A DNA stretch of 64,000 nucleotides from Kudoa neothunni (taxonomy: Eukaryota > Animalia > Cnidaria). The DNA lies in the NCBI GenBank assembly GCA_964304625.1, contig OZ199838.1, forward strand, positions 7,086,035 to 7,150,034, read 5' to 3'. The notes beneath the pieces were generated by a model that did not search any database, was not told the origin of the DNA, and saw only the letters and a list, made by a program, of their open reading frames with translations. Of this stretch, positions 12,621 through 26,781 are shown in pieces (within the stretch, counting starts at the first letter, position 1; every line of letters starts with the position of its first letter). The position numbers and the translations under genes are program-made.

Positions 12621-13559
12621 CCATACAAGGTTTGAACATTTGCGATATTGAACGACAACACATCAGGTTAGTGGTTTTCAACCTTTTTGGAACCGCGGAA
12701 TCCAAAATTGATTAAAAATTTTTCGCGGATCCCCACATATAAAATTAAACCCAAATGAAGAAAGTACAAGTTTTAAAATTTGGACGCGCTCTCACCAAAA
12801 AAATAACAGAAATATTTTCAAAGTTTATTTTCTATTCAAAATAAATAAAAACTGATATGATATTTGTGGTTGTTGACTCTGTATTACAGCTAGAATATTT
12901 GGATATTTTTTGTCTCCATGTTAAAACGTTGAATCAAAAGCGATAACTTTTTGGATATTGTTTACAAATGAAATCAAGCATGGGTTATTCATCTCATGTT
13001 GTTTCAATTGCGGCAGAACAACACGATTCCTGATATCGCAAAATGCTTACTATGCGGAAAATTTTTAAAGGGGAAAAACGAAACGATAGCAAAATTTGGT
13101 GAAGTGGGGAGCTCTTGCCTTTGAAAACGGACTCAGATTCTTGGAGCACCGCCACCAGCATTCAGTGGGATTTTAACAAATTAATAGGTTTTAAATCTTT
13201 ATTATTAAAATTATTCTAAATTTAGGTACTTGTTATGTGAATAATAATTAATTAAAATGGACAAAATTGTTCATATTCGACATCGCTAAAAATATCGGCA
13301 ACATTTATTTAAATTTAGATGTCAATACAAAATCTTCGTATGTATTCCTGCCAAAACATCGCAATCACATGACGATAAACTTAAATTTAATGTTTGAAGA
13401 CATCATTATTTAATCGGCAGAAGTTTAAAAATTTTCATAGATACGATTACAGTTTTTGTTTTACTTTAAAGTAGTGTTTTCCTCGACCTTGGGTTTTTTA
13501 AGCTCCGCTGGCAGCCGTGTTAATATGAGTCGGCGCACGCGCATTGACAAAAACTCGAC

Positions 13560-14948
13560 ATGTCCGGTGGATCTAATTCTAATAAACCCAATTATTCGCT
13601 ATTCAAAATCATAAGAAATGGGGTAATAATTATACCCAATAGATTTTGTTATATGAAGGATTGTTCTAACTGTAACAATCAATATTGGAGACGTGAATAC
13701 AGAACATGTAAAGGAAGACTGAGAACTTCACCATTGGATGATATCTTGCAGATTGAAGAAGAAGGAACCCATAATCATTCTCTATCGGACAATTAAATAA
13801 AAAAAACTCTTAATCAAAAAATCAAGGATTTGACTGAAAGTACCGAATATCCAACCAATAAAGTTTATTCTATGGCTACAAACTCCCCCAGTATTCATGA
13901 TCTCCTTATAGTTTTGAAAAATTCAATCTATAAAAATATTCAAAATTCCAGAAAAAGGAACTCCATTGATGTTAATTACTAGTCCAATTTATACGGCTAA
14001 AATATCAAATCATTAAGAAATGAAGATCTAGTCCTATACGATTCTGGTTCCAAGGATGTTGAGCGTGCCATCATTTTTATACTCCCCAAGACCTTGTGCG
14101 TTTGAATAATGCCGAAGTTTGGATATCGGATGGAACGTTCGAAGCGATGCCAATAGAGTTCTCATGATTATACATTATTCATGGGAAGATATTGGGGAAG
14201 GATTTTCCACTTATTTATGTATTAATGGCAAATGGAACAGAAGCCATGTATACCAAAGTTTTGTCTATTCTCAAGGATAATAAAGTGAAGTTCCCAAAAT
14301 TTTGATAATAGGCTTTGAGCTTCATGTATTCAATACTTTTAAAAAAGCATCAAAAGAAACATCCATAAAATTTCGCCTTTTCTGTTCTGAACAATGTAGT
14401 TGGAGACGAATACAACAAGAAGGATTTTCTAAAGTATATGAAAAAACGCTGATTCCAAAATGTAGATCAAATGTTTCTTGTCTCTAGTCTTTGCTCCAAT
14501 AGATTTCGGTCGCTATTAATCCACCAAATTGAAAAATAAAAGAAACAAGTTCGTTGATGTCAATTTAGCATCGTTTATAAACTATTTCGAAAAAAACTTA
14601 ATCAACTGTTCAAACTTCTCAATAGAAAATTGGAACGCTTTCGATCGTGTCATCGATGGAATAAACCTTACTTCAAATTCAGCGGAAGCATTCAACTGTC
14701 ATTTTCAAAATCGATTCGATCAGAGCCATGCCGATTTGCGTACATTTATTGAAATATTAAAGGAAACTCAGAGTAATACCGAACAATATATTCAATATCG
14801 AATGTGCAATCCAAATTCTATCTTATTCGAAAAACATCATGTTCTGATAATGAAAAAAATTAAAGACATATGTCTTAATTATGAGAAATATTACAAAACG
14901 TATTATTTAGAGACTATTTGCTTGATGTATAATTGGAAGCTACGCTAG
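13560..14948 (+). pseudogene. FLYWCH-type MULE transposase remnant
   Basis: YWRR...HNH finger, WISDGTFEAMP, LYIIHG, FPLIYVLM, degenerate DFE, WRRIQ and TSNSAEAFN. Several stops and frameshifts. Confidence 0.8.
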
Positions 14949-16752
14949 AATTATATTTTATTATTAAATTAACTTTTATCTACAAATATGCTTTTAGTTT
15001 TCTTGATATATTCGTGTATTTATAATTTAACGCCAATTTCGCTGTTCGGAATAATAGCGACTGTCTTCAAAATGCTCATACGAAGAAAAAAAATGAAAGT
15101 TGTTACTGATGGTAGATTTATCCCAAAGTTTCCACAATTACAATAAAAGATGGATAATATTACCAGTGTATTCCAAACCATCTAGTACAACAAAGCGACA
15201 TTTTTACATAGAATTAAAGATAAACACCTCAAATTGTTTCATTTACTTCATTTATTTTAAAATCGTAAACTTATTAAAAACCCTTAACTTTAACTTAGAC
15301 ATTTTTTAAAGTTTTTAATTATCAAATTTTTGTCTGTGTTATATTGAATTGTTAATATAATTTTTTTTGATTATTGTGGTTCGAAGAATCAAATATGTTC
15401 ACTAGGTATTAATGTCTACTAACTACGCAATATCCAGAGATGACTGTAAATGGAAAGTGTCCACCAAATAGACGGATGGTTAACGCTAACGTTTTCGAAT
15501 ATAATTTGATATTGAGATATAATCGCAGAGAATCTATTCAATCAAAATGATAAACAGTTGCCAATGCTCCAAAAGTATTTAAAATGTAGATTATTGAACT
15601 GGATAATATAAAAGATCATCTCTTGTTCCATTACAGATTCTGATATCGTTATTAATAAGGTCGAATTGCGATTGTTCAGAATTCAAATATTTCAGATATA
15701 TAATAAAATTTAATAAAATCATTTATTTAAAAAACATGATGAAATTTGAACACAAAATTACACAGAAAATTAAACTTTTAAAGCTAGAATGTATTTCCAT
15801 GGATATAATTCACATACAATTCCCTTGTTCTTAAATAAAGATGAAAATTATTTTACACTGTTTTAATAAACTTATCGCTGTGCTAATGATTTAGCACCCC
15901 AAACAAAAATATGGTTGAAGTCAGAACTCATTGTTTAATCCCCGCGTTGCAATCGTAGATTACATCACGTTAATACGCTCAAAAACAGCGGTTCTTAACA
16001 AGGGATCCGTAGACGAATCAAAACGGTTCCGTGAACGATCTCAATAAAATTTGAATCCAATTTTATCAACATACCTTAATTATAATTAATTATTTTTGGA
16101 CATTAATGTGATTATTATCAATATTAAATATGCCCTTGCGTTATTTTATCTTGTAAATATTTTATACTTATAAAATTTTCTCGCGTTATTATTTGTTTCG
16201 TAAAAAGACTTATAAAAACAAACTTTATTTAGTATGTTGATGGATAAAAACTAAAAATTTCCATAAAATATTCTGTAACGCTGCAAACTCTTCAATTTGA
16301 ATGATTATTCCTTTTACATCAGTCTATTTTAGCGAATTTAGATTTTCTACCCTAGTCACCATGAAAAAAGTCATGAAATCGCTTATATGCGCGTTGATCT
16401 TTCGTACATGTTGTCAAATTTCCATAAACTTTGTTTTGAAAAACAAGTGCAAACGTCTCGTTAAATATTCCTTTAATATTACTTATTATATATAAAAATA
16501 TGTTGTTTGCACGAAATGTGCGTTCTATTATGTAATAGTTCTTCCGTTATTTACTTTTTCATTATAATTAAAACAATAATTAACGAAAATAGTGATTTTA
16601 TATGACAAAAATATTTCGATTATTATAAGAGCATTTTTCACTTGGAAATTTTTGGAAGGATTTCACTTTTGAACGTTCAAACGTATACATATATATTAAT
16701 CCGACAAATTTCATTGTATTTTTTATTCCGAAATATTATGTGTCATCCTTTT

Positions 16753-17112
16753 CCTTTATATATATATAAAAGAGGACTGCCGGTATGTTTGTGTGTGTAT
16801 GCCCTAAGTACGCATGCGCGGGAATTTTTTCCTATAGAGAGTCATATATGAAATTTTTATAAATTTGTGATATTTAAAAAAGTCGTTCAATTGTTTTCGA
16901 ACGACTAAAGTTTCCAAAAAGTAATTATGAAATAGTGATTTTGTCGATTTAAAGTTTGTTTATTGGATTACATGAGTTCAATTATAGGATTAGCGATTGC
17001 TTATGTCATGGTGATGGTCGGTTGAAGTTAACTATCTCCCTTATACGTTCCATCATATGTTCATTAACTGCTTCTATCGATCTATCTATCTTTATGTATA
17101 AAGTTGGCGTTT
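16753..17112 (+). mobile_element. Helitron family 5' fragment
   Basis: High similarity to 7264-7630, with a TC(AT)n 5' terminus. Confidence 0.8.
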
Positions 17113-17405
17113 AATAGAGCATATAAGGGAGAATGTTAATTTCAACCGACCTTCACCATGATATAAGCCATGTTAATCCTATAATTGAACTCATGTAATC
17201 CAATAAACAAACGTTGAATCGACAAATTCATCATTTTCTAAACACCTTTAGGAACATTTTGTGGTGTGAAAACGATTACAAGATTGTTTAAACCATTATG
17301 ATCTTTACAAAATTTAATAAATATCTCACTATAAGGAAAAATTTTGACGCACATGCGTACTTGCTGACACACACACACGGACATCAACTTTGTATATATA
17401 GGAGA
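17110..17405 (-). mobile_element. Helitron family 5' fragment (subfamily of the 26819 copy), inverted
   Basis: The reverse complement matches 26819-27115. Confidence 0.8.
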
Positions 17406-17410
17406 TAGAA

Positions 17411-18451
17411 CAGGGATGGCCAGGCTTGCCCAGATCGGGAGCCAACTTTAAGGTTTCAAATATTTTCAAGAACCATGAGGCACTAAAATCATTCATGTAC
17501 CTCCTCCTTATTTAAAACTTACATTTTTGGTAAATATTAAGATAAGATGTTATAGAATTATAAATAAAGGTTTTTTAATTTCACATTATTCAGCTAATCG
17601 CTCGAAAACTTACATATAATTTTTAAAGGTATAATTTATGATGATTTTTCCAAATAAGTAAATTAATAGTGGATCATCCAAGAAACTTTTTCTCTATGAA
17701 AAAGGTCGCAAAAATAATAAAATATTTTTCATATTTAATCATGTATGATAGTCTGACAAAAAAATAAAATTAAAAATTCACGAATAAAATAATAACACAA
17801 GAATTTAATGCTTCCGGATTTTTTTAGGAATTTTTCCTATTGTTACAAGTTTTTTATGTTTCCATATTATCCGTGAGCTGGCGGTAATCTGGTTCGTGCG
17901 CTGTTAAAGCTGTACGAATTAGTTCCGCGAGGTGTTTGTTTGTGAGGAAGGGATCTGCGATACTTCGACTTTACAAATGTCATCGCTGAATAAATAAACT
18001 CACAAAAATAAGTTCTTCCAAAGATAGAAAGAAGTTTGAGGCGGATTTCTTTTAATTTTGAATATTTAGTTTCTATAACGCATTTCCACAATTCATTTGG
18101 TGAGTTGGAATTATGAACCATGTTTAAGGCTTTAATAAATGTTTTATTCTTTCGATATCTATCATTTTGATAATGGATAAACACTAGTTCTAAATGTATT
18201 TCCTAATGAACTTAGTAATAATTCTAATTTGCATCAAATATTAAAACTATATGATAGTTTGTAACTATGTTTTCTAATAAAAAATATTATCTAGTTTACG
18301 ATTTAAGATTTAATTTCTTCATTTGATTAGATAGTTTAAACTTTGTACTTTTGTGAATTAACGTGCTGGTTGAATTAAAAAAAATTCAACCAAAAAATTT
18401 GTTTCAAGAGCCACATCGTAACTTTCGAAGAGCCAGATGTGGCCATCTCTG
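17411..18451 (-). mobile_element. Internally deleted hAT (GTF2IRD2/SPIN-like) element
   Basis: TIRs CAGGGATGGCCA / TGGCCATCTCTG. Remnant ORF 17867-18184 contains LLSIFGRTYFCE..SAMTFVKSKYRRSL. Confidence 0.75.
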
Positions 18452-18982
18452 ATATAATAGATAGTAGATTCAATATATATAAAAAGTATTTGAACAGAAT
18501 TGGGGATATTAGGTAAACAACTTTAGTTAAAATATTTACGTATGTTTTGTTTATGCATTAAAACAAAATGGGGTCAGTGTTAAGTCCATCGAACACATTA
18601 GGGTTCCGCGAGCAAGAAAGTTTAAGAACCACTGCTCTGAAGTTTATTAAATCTTGACGTTTTATTTCATCCCAGTATAAAATATATTTCAGTTATTTTG
18701 AAATATGTATATGAAAATCTAAAACCGAAAAATAACAATGGATTCCAAGTCTGGATGCGTACGGCTAAAGAATGATGAAGAATTCCTCTTTTTTTCATAT
18801 TATGTTAAAAAGCTTTATCAATACTCAGAATCAATAAAAAACTAAGCTTAAGTCTCAAAAAAATGAAAAAACATAGCACTATGCAACAGATAATTGCGAA
18901 GAAAGAAATTGGGCTTTTAATTTGAAGATAAAACATTTAAAAACTAGACATTATCTATTGAAAGATGTTATATACAACTATT

Positions 18983-19506
18983 TTATTTAATATTTTTAGT
19001 TTTAAGCTTGGGGAAATTGAGACAAGGGGGTGCAGAGACTATATCTTTAAAGTGAACTGGTTTTACTAAACAAACAAACAAACTTAGCGTAATTATGGCT
19101 AATTATGATTACCGGCGAAAATATCAGATTCATCATTTTGATCTTTCTTTTGTCTAATCATTCGTTTTGATTTAATACGTTGAGTTTTTTTACCACAATT
19201 TTTCCTTTATAGTACAATTAGAAGGCCCATAAAAATCAGATACGGAAAATTATTAATTTCGTGTACGACTGCCTGCTTGAAAGCGTATTTTTTTCTTTCG
19301 TTTTTTGTAACATGGACATATCTAGATTGGGGCTCATGAATGGATTGTTCCTTTTCCTTGATTTCACTGGGGTCCAAATTATACAATCTTATAAATGCAT
19401 TGAACGTTATAAAAAAACAGAGATGATTTATAAACTTTTTCTTGTTTCTATTCTTTTTGTAATTGGGTTTCGGTTTACGCCTTCTGCCTGGGATCCGTTT
19501 TTTCAT
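18983..19506 (-). CDS. Small basic four-exon protein, CCDC137-like (tentative)
   Basis: Three short GT-AG introns splice in frame to MKKRIPGRRRKPKPNYKKNRNKKKLYNLDPSEIKEKEQSI...DIFAVKPVHFKDIVSAPPCLNFPKLKTKNIK*. The V.F.(D/E)V..PP.L motif resembles CCDC137. Confidence 0.65.
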
Positions 19507-19632
19507 GTTTGACGTTCGCGCACGCGCATTGGGTATAACCGATAAAATAAGACTCCTCATTTTATGGTTACAAACAAATAAAACTTCACTCGACGAAACC
19601 ACATAGAATAAATCTAATAATTAGGAGATCCC

Positions 19633-19663
<31 letters not shown>

Positions 19664-19746
19664 TAACAATATTGATACAGATTAAGTTATATAATCTGCG
19701 CGCTGTTGGAAAATTATCAAGCGCGAGCTCTTAACTAAGAAGTACA
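19507..19746. promoter_or_regulatory. Candidate bidirectional promoter containing (AT)14 and CGCG motifs
   Basis: 240 bp between divergent ATGs. (AT)14 at 19633-19660. TTCGCGCACGCGC, CTGCGCGCTG and AAGCGCGAG motifs. Confidence 0.55.
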
Positions 19747-22700
19747 ATGTCTTCGGAGAATTCTCAACCACCGACTTCTAGCCAGCAACCCGTAAAAAGG
19801 GCTGCTCCAGCATCCAGTGATCGAAGTAGGCGCAGCTTATGTGATTCCGCGTGATATTCTATTATTATAGCCCCTCGTCGTGGAAACACGTCGCTGAACA
19901 CCTCAGCTACAAGTTTATTACAGTCACCTAGGACTCCATTAGGCAATAGATTTCGATCCAATAACAACCCTCACCAAACACAAGATCGCTTAACTGATGA
20001 TGTGAATTTGTTGAGCAGTCCGATTCTGTTCTCACAAACTCCGATTTCTCGAACTGAACATCCCACACCCACTCGACACAGAAACGAAATTAGAAGCGAC
20101 TATCGTTTGAATAGACAAGTAAATTTTTTAATTTATTGTTTGAAGTTATTTTTTTCTTTTTTAAGTTAAATGTTGCGGGTTCGAACGGGTCCCATGATCT
20201 AAGTAACAGGGCTGGAGGTGCGGCATCGCAAGCTGCACTGCCTGCAGTGAACAAACTTGTTATCTGGGGTACAGATATCGTAATTGACGATTGTAAAGCA
20301 GACTTTTCCTACTTTATCAACAATTTCACTCCTTACATTTCACTTTCGGTCGAAGAGCAAGCTTCACTTCAAAATTATGATCTTGATAAGCCATTATACA
20401 TTCAGAAACTTGAACACATTCAAATCACCGAAAAGTCGTACATTGATATTGACGGAATGCATTTGAAAAAAATCAAGCCACAATTATATCATCAGCTGAT
20501 CATATATCCACAGGAAGTTATTCCTGCTTTAGATACAGTTATCAATGAATTGGTTGCCAACCTGTTTAATAATGGTAACACCAATACTACGACACCCCCT
20601 ATCCAAGTCAGAATCTTCAACATTGATAGAACACGCAATATGAGAGATCTTGATCCAGATGATATCGATAAAATAATATCTGTTAATGGTCTTGTTATTC
20701 GATCCAGCGGTATTATCCCTGAAATGTATGAGGCGTTTTTTGAGTGTTACAACTGTCGTGCCAAAACCACGGTGGAGATTGATTGCGGTAGGATTGTCGA
20801 ACCGGGTACTTGTTCTAATTGTAACACCGCTAAAAGTATGAGTATAATCCACAATCGATCTCGATTCTCTGATAAACAAGTTATCAAACTACAAGAAGCT
20901 CCAGAAGATATGCCTGCTGGGCAAACTCCCTACACTGTGTTGTTGTTTGCTCACAATGATCTCGTCAATCAAGTTCAGCCTGGTGATAGGATCACTGTCA
21001 CTGGTATCTACAGAGCAAGTCCTACCAGACTAAACCCGCGAATAAGAACGGTTAGGTCGGTCTACAGAACTTTTGTTGATGTGCTACACTTTGATAAAAT
21101 GTCCAAAAGTCGTCTTCGTGGTCCTTCATCGAATTCCGATAATTTAAATGAGTATTTCAATTTCATACGTGTAACCACTATCTAATTGGTGACAACTTTA
21201 GGGATTTGGTCACTTTTACAAGCGAAAAAATAGAGCAACTCAAAGAATTATCTCGTGACCCTAATATCTATTCAAAATTGGCTCGTTCCATCGGTAATCT
21301 TTTAGTTGGTGAATTCTTTCTTATTATTTAAGTTTCTGAACAAAAATACTTGTTGATTCCACTGTTAATCATTCATTTAGCTCCAAGTATTTTTGAAAAT
21401 GAAGACATTAAAAAAGGAATTCTTCTTCAGCTCTTTGGTGGAACCACAAAAGATTTCAGAAGTGTAGGCCGATCTCGATTTAGATCTGAAATTAACATCC
21501 TTTTGTGCGGTGACCCAGGAACCAGCAAATCACAATTGCTAAAAGTATATTCATTTTTTAAATATTAATTAAATTGTTAGATGATTTTGAACAATATTGG
21601 GCATACATTTGTGAATTTTTGACAAAACATGCATCCAAAATTATATTTAATACTTTAATTTAAAAAATTAATGGTCTAATTTTTTGATACTTATCGTTTA
21701 ACAACTTTAACGATTTGAATCTATATGAATCATGTCATTTTTTGGAAGTGATACAAATTAAATTATACGCTGCTATAAAAAATTGAAGAGGTGACTATGT
21801 GTTCCGTAATAAGGTTGCACATTAGCTGAGCATATTTCACAAAGAAAATTAATCACGTATTTTCTCATTAAAGAATTTTTTGTTTTAATTTAATTGATAA
21901 ATTTCTACAAACATTGATAAGCTTGTGCCAATAAACGGAAGCTCCGTTTAGACCAGTGGTTCCCGCACCCCTAGAGGGTGCAAACTATAGGCTTGGGGTG
22001 TGAGATTCGGCCACAGTAGAAAGTAATTTTAGAGAAATTTTGAGTCAGTTACAGCTTACCATATGAAAAGGGGTGCGAGTCCAATTTAAATTGGGAGTCT
22101 AATTTAGACCAGTGTATTCTCAGCGTGTGGTGCCGGAGAATTTTGGTGGATCGTAAGTAAAGGTTAGATGTGTGTTAGAATAGGATAAGTACAAATCATT
22201 ATCTCCTCCACTTTTCGTCGCTTTTATTTTTTTTCCGTTAATATTTAAAACAAATGATGGAAAAAGAAGCTCTAATATAAAATAACTAGCGCAAATCCTA
22301 GCTCACGCTCAGGGTCCTCGCCCAATATTTTTACGCAACCAATTTTTTTAATTTGTAACATTTTACTAAAATATAAAGGAAATAAAACATAGAGAGGAAA
22401 GGTTCCTTTTATTCAGGAAAGTGTCAAAACATAAATACGGTTCTACTTTAGTTAAGTCATTTTGATAGCGCACGGACCAGATTAATAAAAAATTAGATTA
22501 TCCGCGTGCAAATGCATAATGTTTTGTTCAGCTATGAACTCTGAAGCTGATGTCTCCACCAAATTCTTTTTACAATTTAAATATATTTATTCCTAACTAT
22601 GTTTGACACAAAAAGTAAAAGAATTTAATTTTTTTCTAAATAAATGGAAATTACACGTGAATCCGAATATGCTCGGCTTAGGATTTTAAAGTTATTTTTT

Positions 22701-25700
22701 GATCTGAATTTTGGTTATTTGATGTTATTTTTTAGGATAAAATGAAGTATGAAAAAATTTTGACAGAGAAATCAATTCGTAGGACAAATTGTAGGAAACG
22801 ACTTTGTTCCGATTATAGGTCGATGTCGCACTAAGCTCGTATGCAGTTACTGTAGTTTAGTCCTAGATTGTATTTTAATTAACTTACCTTAACTGACTGG
22901 ACGCATAACCCTATTTGATATTTTTAAAAATGAATAAACACTGCTGAGCGTTTAAAATTTCTTCTTTCGAACTCCTAAAATATCATTTTCCTCTTGTTGT
23001 TCACAGTAATCTCTAAATCACACCGTACGAAATGAGACTAATCTTGTAAACATCAACAAATGAATTTCATATTAATGTTTGGCCACATAATCTGATATTA
23101 CCTACCGTATTTGAACTAATTCAATTACTAGATTACTTTTCAATGAGTTTAAAGTAAATTAAACGAAATGGTACGTTTTAAATTGACTTTTTAAAACTTT
23201 AACGAAATGATCTTCTTTATGTTTGCCTAAATCCACAAATCATACGGGGGAAATTATTTTTAGTCATTTTGTAGGATACAAATCTTTTATAATTTTTTAC
23301 GTATTTTTGTGTGTTAAAATAAAATTTTCTCTCCATATGTGTGTTAAAATGAAGCGATATGGCTCTCTATAAAGAATGAAAAATGCGTACACACACGGAC
23401 ACTTCAGCTTTATATATGTAGCAGATTGTTAAAATTAAACGGAATTATTCATCCAATATGATATGAATAATTTTAGTTTTAATTTAGTTTAGTACTTATA
23501 TATCTCTCTACTGATTAATTTTCTAATTTCACAGTTTAGTTTCGGCAGTTTAAATAACGCATAATATTTTGTGAAATAACTAAACAAATTTTTCATGTTT
23601 TGATAGAATGATTTCGGTTGGTATTTGTTTTTTATATTACATTAAAAAATCGGAATAAGATATAAGGGAATATCAAATTGTTGAAAGTAATTAGAAAACA
23701 ATTATCACTTTAATTACTAAGTTATTTTGATGGATAACACGAACTTTTATTAAGTGATACGCATATTTTTGTCAAAATCATATGTCACATGAATTATTGT
23801 TCTATAATCTGGACAAATTTGATAAAAACTGACAGAAATTATGAATTTATATACGATGTAGAGGGTATATATCGTTTAATATTTGTCAAAAATTTATTTT
23901 TTGTGTTATATTTAAATTTTACATTATTTATCTTCAATAACCATAAAATACTTTATTATTCTAAAATTTTTAGATTTCTTAGACGTTAAAGGTAATAATA
24001 TCGCGAAATAATGTGTCAACTGCTGATTTAGATGGAAAAATTCATGACCTTAAAGTTATTATATTGAATGCGTGCACTTAAGTTTTTATGATATTGTTAA
24101 AATATTGGTGTAACTGATTAAAATTATAGAGCTTATCTGTTATGTTAAATCAAATTCAATATTTTGAGTTGTTTTTGTTAATTAAAGTATTTTTGAATAA
24201 TATGGGATCCAGGATTTTTTATTAAAGTAGAGAATTAATTAAAGTTTAGAAACCCTGATACATACACAATATTTACTTTATATAATCGTGAATTCACCAA
24301 TAACCTAATGTAACATGATTTTTATAAATATGCCTCCAAAAATTATATTAACTTGTCTACATCAATTAAGCTGTAATTCTATAAACACTTTGAGAATTTT
24401 ACTAATGTCTGTTTCTAAGTTATAAGGTGCAGAGATCTGATGTGTGCTTACTATCACGATTCTGCATTTTCGAATCATTTAACTTCTAAATCATTATTAC
24501 TCAAATCATGCTTTAATTGTAACTTTCTCATACATCGCTATAAAAATCTTTGATTGGTTGTCGGAATCTATTAATTTTAAGGTTTAATAAGTATTAAAAT
24601 TGAAAACTTATTAGCATGTGTGGAATTCTGCATTGATTTATGGGAATAATATATTTATCGTTAATTTTTATTTAATTGTTTATGTAATATCTTATCATTT
24701 AGTATGTTCATAATATTATGCCAAGGGGCCAATACACATCCGGTAAGGGTTCATCTGCGGTTGGTCTTACAGTATACGTTACGAAAGACCCTGACACAAA
24801 ACAAGTTGTTCTTCAGACGTAGGTTTTAATTTATTGTTGTTTCTGTTTTACTATTTTATACATTAGCGGTGCCCTTGTCATGAGTGACAATGGAATATGC
24901 TGTATCGATGAGTTTGATAAAATGAACGATAGCACTCGCAGTGTTCTTCATGAAGTTATGGAGCAGCAAACTCTTTCTATAGCGAAAGCTGGTATCATTT
25001 GTCAGCTGAACGCGAGAGCGTCGATCTTGGCTGCTGCAAACCCAGTCAAATCTCGCTGGGACATGAACCTTACCACAGTTGAAAATATAAAGCTTCCACA
25101 CACACTTCTTTCGAGATTTGACTTGATATTCTTAATGTTGGACACCCAAAGTGAAACATTTGACAAACAGTTGGCGTCCCATTTGGTTTCGTTGTATTCT
25201 GATGATAATACCGCTGTGTCTGGAACAGACTCAACTCAAGATGATTTGACCAATCTCAGTATTCTGAGAGATTATATAGCATACGCTAGAGCTTATATAC
25301 ATCCAAAATTGAGTGAAGAAGCCTCCCAACATTTGATTCAATCTTATTTAGGTTGTTAATCATTTTCTAATCGGTTGATTTAAATTGGTTATTGTTAGAA
25401 ATGAGACGCACTGGTAACATTAATGGATCTATAACGGCATATCCGCGTCAGCTTGAATCTCTCATAAGACTATCGGAAGCTCATGCAAAAATGAGGTTTT
25501 TTACCGCGTCCCCATCTTTAATAACAAATCTGTAATAGATTTTCCGAGATTGTTCAAGTTAAAGATGTAGAGGAGGCTAAGAGACTTCACAGAGAAGCCC
25601 TCAAACAATCATGTATCGATCCCAAGACCGGCATGATTGACGTTAATATTCTTACAACCGGAGTGACGTTAACCACCCAAAAACAACGAAGTGAACTCTC

Positions 25701-25938
25701 TCGTGTGATTCAACAATTTTTGGACTCAAAGTTGAAACAGTCTTCCGTTCGATCGTTTCTTATTCAAGAAGTATTTGATCAGATTCGCTCAAATTCAGAT
25801 AAAGTAAGTTTTACATTATCGCTCATATTTCATATATTGTAGGCATTCAATCGAAATGAATTTGATGGCGCGTTACAACTTCTGGTTGATGACCGCTATA
25901 TCACCGTCACTGCCCGACATCTTAAGATTGTTGAATGA
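19747..25938 (+). CDS. MCM4: DNA replication licensing factor MCM4, 10 exons
   Basis: Exons 19747-19825, 19871-20118, 20166-21151, 21202-21293, 21381-21544, 24703-24818, 24867-25351, 25399-25495, 25539-25803 and 25843-25938, all GT-AG. S/TP-rich N-terminus, VIWGT, C4 zinc finger, [34 protein letters not shown] and [12 protein letters not shown]. Confidence 0.97.
22286..23425 (-). mobile_element. Complete non-autonomous Helitron in MCM4 intron 5
   Basis: A|TCTGCTACATATATAAAGCTGAAGTG 5' end. Imperfect subterminal hairpin and CTAG|T 3' end. Confidence 0.8.
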
Positions 25939-26301
25939 CTCCACACTATAGATATTTATCATTTAATAATATTTGTTGAATTTCTTGACAATCTATTTAA
26001 AATGTGCTATTCTATAGTTTGTTTTTTGTTTAATCATGAAAATTCACGCGCTGAATAAAATTTGTTGTATCACCTTACTTGTTATTATAATTGAGACAAA
26101 TTTTACATAATTCCCATGGATTTATGGAAATTTCCTAAAAAATAATTCTTGTGGGTTTAATTCTTTTAATCCATACTTGGCTTGGTTCATAAAATAATTT
26201 TTTCATCAATTTTGCGTTATTGCGAACGTTAATAACACAATTTTGAAAAATGATATCTATGTAAATAATTTAAATCGGGGCTTTAAGTCAAAGTTGCCTC
26301 A

Positions 26302-26781
26302 TTTTTTTTTTGTTTACAAGGTAAAACCCCTGGCGCAACTTATTAGGTTGTGGAATTCTGGTTGGTCAGACCTCTTCCATTAACGTTTTAGGCACCGCAG
26401 GACGTAATACGAAAACCCCGCCCCTTATCTTTATGCGGTAGTGTGGGACTTTAACCCATTAAACATCCTCGTCTCGGGGCGACCACTACCCCAAACCCTA
26501 TCTCTTTAAGGACGTTGGCTCTGTGAGGGCTGCAAATTACTTGCCTTTCGATGGGTTCCTGAGATTCCAAATCTTATTCACGCTCATCCCATTTCACGCG
26601 AATTTGGCTGCCAGTGCACCCCATTCCACCGCGAGCGTACACTTTAACCACAGCTCCCAAATAGGGGACAGAAACCCACCTACACGGAAGCAGTAGTCTG
26701 ACCACCGGCAGATTCGAACCCATTACCTCACAGTTCTGAGAACGAATGTCATACCGATATGCTATCTGTCCTCGGCCACAG
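26302..26781 (-). mobile_element. tRNA-headed SINE with poly(A) tail and 10-bp TSD
   Basis: A-box-like TGGCCGAGG, B-box GGTTCGAATC (26711-26720) and A10 tail (26302-26311). TSD AGTTGCCTCA at 26292-26301 and 26782-26791. A homologous copy lies at ~39.8-40.2 kb. Confidence 0.88.

Larger units (their letters stand above)
15986..18634. mobile_element. Non-autonomous hAT element with nested insertions
   Basis: TIRs CAGCGGTTCTTAA / TTAAGAACCACTG. The 8-bp flanks match only 5/8. A hAT C-terminal remnant (IIPFTSVYFSEFRFSTL) lies at ~16301. Confidence 0.6.

Noticed and set aside
19764-25101. Minus-strand ORFs 19764-19967, 20529-20879 and 24856-25101
   Set aside because: Antisense shadows of MCM4 exons.
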